NCBI GenBank assembly: GCA_964445095.1
Contig: CAYUJR010000002.1
Location: forward strand, 5,176 to 69,175
Direction: 5' to 3'
Length of the DNA: 64,000 nt
From: an uncultured Gammaproteobacteria bacterium
Lineage (GTDB): Bacteria; Patescibacteriota; Microgenomatia; Levybacterales; JACOYD01
This document shows positions 58,050 to 64,000 of the stretch, piece after piece. Below the pieces are notes generated by a model, which made no database searches, was not told the origin of the DNA, and worked only from the letters and a program-made list of their open reading frames with translations. A program made the position numbers and the translations under genes. Every line of letters starts with the position of its first letter. Positions within the stretch are counted from its first letter, which is position 1.

Positions 58050-58676
58050 TCATCTTTTCTTTACTCTTACTAAATAAACACCACTTGTCAAAGCGAGAAG
58101 AGAGAGAACGGTAAATAATATAGTATGTTCTGGGCCGGTGGGCGGAAGAACCGGAGCGCCTTTTTGGGGAAGAACTTTGCGCTCCAGACAAACTTGGGCG
58201 GTGTCGCGGTCTTTATCCTCGCCGCTTACCGCTTCTGCCACATTGACTACGCATACTACGCTTTTGTCTTTAGGAAATTTATCAGCTCCGGCCACTTTGA
58301 CTTTTATCTCCTGCTCTTTTTCTTCGCCCACTTTCAAGTCTTTAATTTGAAATTGGGGATTACCGTCAGTTTTTAAGAGGTCCGGCAGAATATCTAAAAC
58401 ATTGATGGCGTCAAAAGTGTTGTCTCCCACATTTTTAACTTTAATTTTAAAAGTAACTTGTTCGCCAGGGGAGAATTTGTGGTCGTTAAGACCCAGGTTA
58501 TCCACAAACTTTTTATTGCGGGGATCAAAAACTTCTTTATTAACCTGCAGTTTACCGGTTCTAATGCAAACTTCTTTTCCTCCATATTGAGTTTCGCAAC
58601 GAACAGCCGCCAGCGATGGTTTTACCAGAAAAAAACCCGCCAACATAATTATTAATAATATAGAAAAGGTCTTCAT
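58050..58676 (-). CDS. Secreted DUF11-like Ig-domain protein with LPxTG sorting signal
   Basis: Signal peptide, PGEQVTFKIKVKN.G, D.LP, VN.A, LPPTG + TM + RVKKR tail; promoter TTGACA-17-TATAAA. Confidence 0.85.
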   Translation of the reverse strand: MKTFSILLIIMLAGFFLVKPSLAAVRCETQYGGKEVCIRTGKLQVNKEVFDPRNKKFVDNLGLNDHKFSPGEQVTFKIKVKNVGDNTFDAINVLDILPDLLKTDGNPQFQIKDLKVGEEKEQEIKVKVAGADKFPKDKSVVCVVNVAEAVSGEDKDRDTAQVCLERKVLPQKGAPVLPPTGPEHTILFTVLSLLALTSGVYLVRVKKR

Positions 58677-58761
58677 AAAAACAAAAACCTACCATTTAGG
58701 CAGATTAAGAACTTTTATAGCAATAATTTATTAGTTTGTCAAGTAAGAGCTTTGTAAGAGT

Positions 58762-59505
58762 TTAGTCTGTCAATACGGGCTCCGCGACAATTATTAATCT
58801 CTTCCAAGTAGTGCCGGGCGGCCAGCAGGTTTGTAAAATCAGGCGCTGGCTGCCGTTACTGCTTTTTGTTAACCAAGAAGTGTCATTGGCTGCGGTAACA
58901 TGTTTTTGCGAAACTTTATATTTGTAGGCTTTGTTTAGAAAAAAAACATAAATTTCATCATTTGGCTCTAGCTCCCGTAGCAGATAAAAAATAGCATTAT
59001 ATTGGGAAACGTTCCAGGCCACATCGGTTGAATGAGCAAACAGATAAGTTGCGCCATCTATGCCGGGAAAGCGGGAGCCGGCCGCGTGAGCCACTCCTCT
59101 CATTAATGCCTCCTTCATGGCCTCCGGATTACTGGGGTCAACGTTAGAAATAACTGGGGCTCGAGCATTAATTTTAGGAATATACAAAGAAAAGTTAGTA
59201 TTTTGGATGTTAAATTGAGTAGCTAATTTTTGCGTTTCATAAAAATCTTGATTAATGGCCGCCTCATATTCATTTTGAGCTAGTAAAAAGGAGAAACCGC
59301 TAAAACTTTGTTGTTGGGGAGCGACCTTGGTTATTTGACCGCTTCTATAATTTAATTCGGCAGACACCACCGGCCAAAAAGTGATTAAAATTCCGGCCAG
59401 AGCCGCCACTATCAATCCATGGCCAAACAGCCGGACAATCCGCCAGGTCAGACGGCGGATAGTTTCCCTTTTCTCCTCAAAAATCACCCCGCTGGTTTTT
59501 AGCAT
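58762..59505 (-). CDS. Sortase
   Basis: L.IPKI, GVAH, LFAHS, LQTC.P, R; true start is ATG 59505 (MLKTSG) after TATAAT, not 59823. Confidence 0.92.
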   Translation of the reverse strand: MLKTSGVIFEEKRETIRRLTWRIVRLFGHGLIVAALAGILITFWPVVSAELNYRSGQITKVAPQQQSFSGFSFLLAQNEYEAAINQDFYETQKLATQFNIQNTNFSLYIPKINARAPVISNVDPSNPEAMKEALMRGVAHAAGSRFPGIDGATYLFAHSTDVAWNVSQYNAIFYLLRELEPNDEIYVFFLNKAYKYKVSQKHVTAANDTSWLTKSSNGSQRLILQTCWPPGTTWKRLIIVAEPVLTD

Positions 59506-61487
59506 AAAGGTAAATTCAATTATAGCACGTTGAAGCCACAATTGTTTAACTTGCATTTTACTTAAACCTATAGTATACTTATTTACAAATATGAATGAAC
59601 GTTCTACCGCAGTTGAGCAGTTTAGATTGTCAAGAAGAAGTCTTTTGGGTTTAGGAGCAGCGTCAGCATTAGGTGGGATAGCTGCTGGACCAATTACAAG
59701 AGTATTACAATACGGAGATAGTATTCGATTTATGTTGGATAGAAGGTCGTGGAACACAGAAGAAAATTCATACTTTCCGCCAGTTCCAGACAATATATTA
59801 TCTAGAGAAGCATCTGACCGCATTCTTGATGCATTAAATCTCGTAGCAGAAAATCAGTATTCTCATACAATTACACCAGAAGCATTTCAGGTAATTATTC
59901 AACGCCCCGCCAGAATTGCTAGTTTATACTTCCACCCTAACGAAAATAAAACCCTGCAAGAAACAGATAGGGATTTTGCTGATCATTGTGTACGATTTTT
60001 TACTGCTATGAAGAGCCAGGCTGATTTTATGGAAACGGATTTTATCGCCACCTTGCTAATGTACCAAGTTTCAGGTGACGCCAATTCAACCCAACGAGCA
60101 TTTAATAAAGATATCATGGAAGAACGAGTACGTGTTGCATTAAATATAGCAAGGAAGGAACTTGGACCTATCGCATCAGATGCGCTGATCAATATTTTGA
60201 GAGAAACAGAATTATTAGATTTTGCAGTACCATATTATGCAATGCCTCGGTTGGAGGGAGTTGTAACTATGGGCATTCATGATATAGAGACGGTTATAAC
60301 AGCACGTTCCCTAAGAGATTTTGAACAAACGTTGCCAGATAAATGGATACAAGTAGCTCATTATCTAAAAACTCGTGCTCCAAAATTTTTTTCACAATAT
60401 GGTAGTTACGCTGAAATGTATGACCAGTTTGAGGCAGAATCGGAACAGCTTAAACAAGACTTAATGAGCTTACCTCAATTTGGTGAATATCTTAGTAGAT
60501 TATATACACCTGAAGTTATGCGAAGAATTCTCACGACGGATGATCAGGTAGATGCCTATCAATTACAAAGAACCACACTTTTTTGGGCGAATGTTTCAGA
60601 GATTAATGTCAAGAATGGGTTTGCGATGCAAGCGCCTGGTAGAAAAAGAACTGAACAGCAAGCGCTTGAGCGCACCCTTCAACAATATGTGCAAGCAGGA
60701 TCACCAATCCCTTTTTTCTTAGACCAAATTTTAAACCCCAAAATACTACAAATGATTTCGGCCGATGCTAATCGTGGTAATACGACAGCCCAGGAGCTCC
60801 TTGCTAGGTGTAAAAAGTTTGAAGCTGATGGCGAGCGACTAATTGTTGCAGATCGAGCAATAATTGCGGCACTTGCCGAAGAACAGACTGAACAAGATAT
60901 GCAATTCCAACTTGTTACAGGGCAAGCATATGTACGGATGTTACTCCATGATGCATACACATTTACTCATAGAAAATCCCCTAAAGATGGGAAAATTAGG
61001 TATGATAATTCTGACGAGCTTGCTTATGATGCGTTTATGGCAAATGGGAACCGTGAAAATTCACCAACATATCAGCTTGCAGGAACGCGGCCTCTGCATC
61101 GTGCGACATTACCCTTTAGAACACCCGATATAGAATTTGATACAATGCAAGACTTTATTGAACAAGTTTATAGGCAGGTTGAAACGCTAGATCCACAAAT
61201 GGACTTTAAGAAATTTTCTAATTATTTATTTCTACTACTTATTGAGCGTTTTCTAGAACCATTTATAGGAATAAAAAATTACTATCCATCTATAGACCAG
61301 GAAAGCGCAAGAAGGGCATCAGTATTTCTTCATAAAGCAGAGGCATTCGGTGTAGATAGAAAAATAATCACGCCACCACATTGCAACTGGATGCGTGCTA
61401 TTGAAGCAACTACGGGGTACATTAACACTATGCAGTAATACACAAAAATCACCCCACTGCCGGTTAACATAAAAACAGTGCTGATTA
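59478..61487 (-). repeat. Imperfect direct repeat of the sortase 5' end flanking the 59591..61438 gene
   Basis: caaaaatcacccc-g-ctg-gttt-tta-g-cataaa (from 59478) vs caaaaatcacccc-a-ctg-ccgg-tta-a-cataaa (from 61443), same spacing to minus-strand TATAAT. Confidence 0.75.
59591..61438 (+). CDS. Large exported orphan protein, twin-arginine-like N-terminus
   Basis: LSRRSLL + hydrophobic helix; 615 codons. Confidence 0.75.
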   Translation: MNERSTAVEQFRLSRRSLLGLGAASALGGIAAGPITRVLQYGDSIRFMLDRRSWNTEENSYFPPVPDNILSREASDRILDALNLVAENQYSHTITPEAFQVIIQRPARIASLYFHPNENKTLQETDRDFADHCVRFFTAMKSQADFMETDFIATLLMYQVSGDANSTQRAFNKDIMEERVRVALNIARKELGPIASDALINILRETELLDFAVPYYAMPRLEGVVTMGIHDIETVITARSLRDFEQTLPDKWIQVAHYLKTRAPKFFSQYGSYAEMYDQFEAESEQLKQDLMSLPQFGEYLSRLYTPEVMRRILTTDDQVDAYQLQRTTLFWANVSEINVKNGFAMQAPGRKRTEQQALERTLQQYVQAGSPIPFFLDQILNPKILQMISADANRGNTTAQELLARCKKFEADGERLIVADRAIIAALAEEQTEQDMQFQLVTGQAYVRMLLHDAYTFTHRKSPKDGKIRYDNSDELAYDAFMANGNRENSPTYQLAGTRPLHRATLPFRTPDIEFDTMQDFIEQVYRQVETLDPQMDFKKFSNYLFLLLIERFLEPFIGIKNYYPSIDQESARRASVFLHKAEAFGVDRKIITPPHCNWMRAIEATTGYINTMQ

Positions 61488-61489
61488 TA

Positions 61490-62644
61490 CTATATTTTAA
61501 GGGGTAACTCCAGAATAAATGTAGAACCTTTCTGTAATTTGCTATAAATCTTAACTCTTCCCTTATGAGCTTTAATAATTTGAGAAGAAATATATAAACC
61601 TACCCCTAAACCGTTTGAGTGTTTGTTTGAATAATCAGTTCGTTTGAAAAGATCAAAAATAAGCTCTTGATCTTTTGGGGAAATTCCAATTCCCTGGTCT
61701 TTTATAGCAAGTCTGGCTATATTCTTATCATTTGATATTTGAATACTAATAGGTTTACCTTCTCCATATGCAATAGCATTTGATAAAAGATTAGTTATTG
61801 CTTGCTCGAGTCTTGCTTTATCAAATTTTCCCGAAACAGCAGAATTTGCTTCAAATTTTATTTTATATTTCTCCTTTTTTAAAATTTCCGAAAAATTTTC
61901 TAACACTTTTTTTGTAATCTGGACCAGATCAGTTTCTTCCGGTTTCAATTTCATCCTACCTGTTGTTATAAGGGAAATATCTAACAAATCATTAATCATT
62001 GCGGTTAGATTCTTTATCTGTTTTTCAGAAATTTTTATTACTTTCATAAGCTGGGGAACAGAAAAATTGGCAAAGGAAACATTTTGAATAGTATTCAACA
62101 AATTGTGTAGCTTAAGAAGCATTATAGTGAGAGGAGTTCTTAACTCATGAGACACAACAGAGAGAAACTCATCCCTTGCCTTAATTTCGCTTTGAGCTTT
62201 TGTATATGCGTCATGAAGTTGCACGAGTGAAAGTGCATAACTTTTTTCTTGCCTTTTTAGCCTGTTTATAATATTTGTTCGTCGAATACTATCTATAAGT
62301 AAACTCGCTACTACAGCACCGATGATAAAGAAGACAATTTCTAGAGATAAACCTATTCCAAATTTGAAAAAAGCCACCACAGAGATGATTATAGTTGCTA
62401 AAAGAGCAGGGCTTAAACCGCCAATACCGCCGCAAAGTAACACAAGAATAAGATAGAAAATAAAAATCGGCGTCTTATCGGGATAGAGTTTTACTAAAGG
62501 GGTTACAAAATAAGCAACCACGGAAACGGTAATAGAAAATCCGTATGTAATAAAAATATTTAACCATCTATGCGATATATACTTTTTTGAATACGTATAT
62601 AATTTTGTATATGATTTTTTTTGAGCATTTAGACTATTTTCCAT
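61490..62644 (-). CDS. Membrane sensor histidine kinase
   Basis: Multi-TM input domain, H-box SHELRTPL, N-box NLLSNA, D.GIGI, GLGVGL; start placed at ATG 62644. Confidence 0.93.
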   Translation of the reverse strand: MENSLNAQKKSYTKLYTYSKKYISHRWLNIFITYGFSITVSVVAYFVTPLVKLYPDKTPIFIFYLILVLLCGGIGGLSPALLATIIISVVAFFKFGIGLSLEIVFFIIGAVVASLLIDSIRRTNIINRLKRQEKSYALSLVQLHDAYTKAQSEIKARDEFLSVVSHELRTPLTIMLLKLHNLLNTIQNVSFANFSVPQLMKVIKISEKQIKNLTAMINDLLDISLITTGRMKLKPEETDLVQITKKVLENFSEILKKEKYKIKFEANSAVSGKFDKARLEQAITNLLSNAIAYGEGKPISIQISNDKNIARLAIKDQGIGISPKDQELIFDLFKRTDYSNKHSNGLGVGLYISSQIIKAHKGRVKIYSKLQKGSTFILELPLKI

Positions 62645-62746
62645 ATAGAAAAGCTTTCTAAAATATCTACCCATGGAATATACCAGCTTTTTTTATTTAA
62701 TTCAAGAAAATCTACTAGTTAGCTAATGTGGTATAATCCAGGTAAA

Positions 62747-63673
62747 ATGAAAAAAACAATCCTTATCGTAGAGGATGATGCGGATTTAAGGGTTTTTTTA
62801 CGTAAAATTCTAGCGGCAAATAACTTCAGAGTGTTAGAAGCTGCTGATGGAGCAGAAGCTTTAGAAAAAGTAGAAAACGAATTGCCTGAATTGGTAATAT
62901 TAGATTTTGGGTTACCCCTTGTCCCCGGAGAAACTGTTTGTGTCAAAATTAAAGAAAATCATCCTGAAATAATTGTAATTGCAGTTACTGAAAAAAAACT
63001 AAGCTCTGATGTCGTCCGTGGTTTACAAATTGGAGCAGATGATTATATCAGCAAGCCTTTTGTGGCCGAAGAATTGATTGCCAGAATTGATGCAAGACTA
63101 AAAAGCGTAAAAAGTGAGGACGCTCCTGTCAAAACAAAATCACAGGATCTAAAATCAAATGAACCTAGATTGGTATTTAGGGAAAGTGTTGTTTTAATTG
63201 CCATAAGACTTATTATGGTTGAACTGCTTTTTGGGCTGACAATAGTTTTATCAACCTCACTTTTTTCTTTCCTAGGAACTCTTTTACAAACATCTAATAC
63301 TTTTGCCTTGAATTCAATTATTCTAGTTACAATATTTATTTCTAATATAGTATTTGTGGTTTTTATTATACTGAAGTGGGGATCCGAATTTATTGAATTG
63401 ACTCAAGATAGCCTGATTAAACATAAGGGGATCCTTAACAAAACAGAAGAGAAATATGCCTGTAACTTTGTAGAAACAATTACCATTGAGCAATCTATGC
63501 TTGGAATTATGTTCAATTATGGAACAATAGAGTTATATGACCCGGCTCTAAAAGAGCGGATTTATCTTGTAAATATAGCGAGTCCAAAAAAATACAGAGA
63601 GATTATAGAAAAAAGAGTTTCCAAAGGTCGGGATCGGCCAATACCATTTGTTGCTCAGCAAGAGGGGGGATAA
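62747..63673 (+). CDS. Response regulator receiver fused to two TMs and a bacterial PH (YdbS-like) domain
   Basis: ILIVEDD, LVILD, GADDYI.KPF; C-terminal KG.L......Y, I.IEQS.LG..FNYGTI. Confidence 0.85.
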   Translation: MKKTILIVEDDADLRVFLRKILAANNFRVLEAADGAEALEKVENELPELVILDFGLPLVPGETVCVKIKENHPEIIVIAVTEKKLSSDVVRGLQIGADDYISKPFVAEELIARIDARLKSVKSEDAPVKTKSQDLKSNEPRLVFRESVVLIAIRLIMVELLFGLTIVLSTSLFSFLGTLLQTSNTFALNSIILVTIFISNIVFVVFIILKWGSEFIELTQDSLIKHKGILNKTEEKYACNFVETITIEQSMLGIMFNYGTIELYDPALKERIYLVNIASPKKYREIIEKRVSKGRDRPIPFVAQQEGG

Positions 63674-63674
63674 T

Positions 63675-64000
63675 ATGTTTGAAGTAAAAGAGGTTCAAGC
63701 AAAATCTATTCTGACAGAGACACATCTGAAAGACGCTGACTTTGACTATAGCGTCAATCCTTACATTGGTTGTCGTTTCGGCTGTATTTACTGCTATGCC
63801 AGTTTTATGGGAAGGTTTGTGGGAAAAAAAGTAAAGGATTGGGGAGAATATGTTTATGCCAAAGTCAACGCCCCAGAGTTACTCGAGAAGGAAATTAAGA
63901 AATTAAAGAACAAAGGTAAAGGTAAGACAATTTGGTTTAGTTCAGTCACCGATCCATATCAAGGACTAGAGATGAAATATCAATTAACCAGAAAATGCTT
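63675..64000 (+). CDS. Radical SAM protein, spore photoproduct lyase-like family (partial)
   Basis: KSIL, NPY.GCRFGCIYCYA (CxxxCxxC), SSVTDPYQ; runs off the window end. Confidence 0.88.
   Translation, partial: MFEVKEVQAKSILTETHLKDADFDYSVNPYIGCRFGCIYCYASFMGRFVGKKVKDWGEYVYAKVNAPELLEKEIKKLKNKGKGKTIWFSSVTDPYQGLEMKYQLTRKC

Noticed and set aside
59506-59823. N-terminal extension of the sortase ORF in the ORF track
   Set aside because: Overlaps the opposite-strand 615-aa gene; a promoter and ATG at 59505 give a normal sortase
1355-61133. Numerous 60-130 aa ORFs overlapping recognised genes on other frames or strands (e.g. 2096..2461, 12458..12829, 25019..25396, 38982..39368, 57198..57575)
   Set aside because: Shadow ORFs of well-supported genes, with no motifs or start signals
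1-64000. Alternative genetic code (TGA read-through)
   Set aside because: Conserved genes are full length under code 11 and several end in TGA at the expected position

Overview
Chromosomal segment of a small-genome bacterium, most consistent with Patescibacteria (CPR, probably Microgenomates group; inference from gene content, compact operons, sortase and leaderless-type promoters; standard genetic code). 1-31 kb is an extended division/cell-wall (dcw) cluster (rsmH-ftsL-ftsI ... murE-murC-murB-murA-glmU-HAD-glmS-hydrolase-murF-DegT aminotransferase-FemABX ... mraY-murI-murD-ftsW-murG-ftsQ-like-ftsA-ftsZ). It is interrupted between ftsI and murE by a ~5.9 kb defence islet: a LexA-like repressor with its own palindromic operator, N4-C methylase, MvaI/BcnI endonuclease, HEPN protein, and remnants of hsdS and bro genes. 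Next come a REP-flanked RAYT transposase, ileS, rodA, rplU, rpmA, parB, lepB, dinB, tRNA-Val(CAC), a surface glycosylation locus and guaA/pyrG. A 48.8-61.4 kb accessory zone holds six orphan proteins with twin-arginine-like N-termini, two membrane glycosyltransferases and a sortase with an LPxTG substrate. The window ends with a two-component pair and a partial radical SAM gene. The most unusual signals are: (1) many strand-biased 7-8 bp tandem micro-repeats and REP-like palindromes lying in frame inside genes; (2) a hydrolase-MurF-aminotransferase-FemABX module suggesting an uncharacterised peptidoglycan modification; (3) the cluster of twin-arginine orphans; (4) accessory genes bracketed by duplicated promoters or gene starts.
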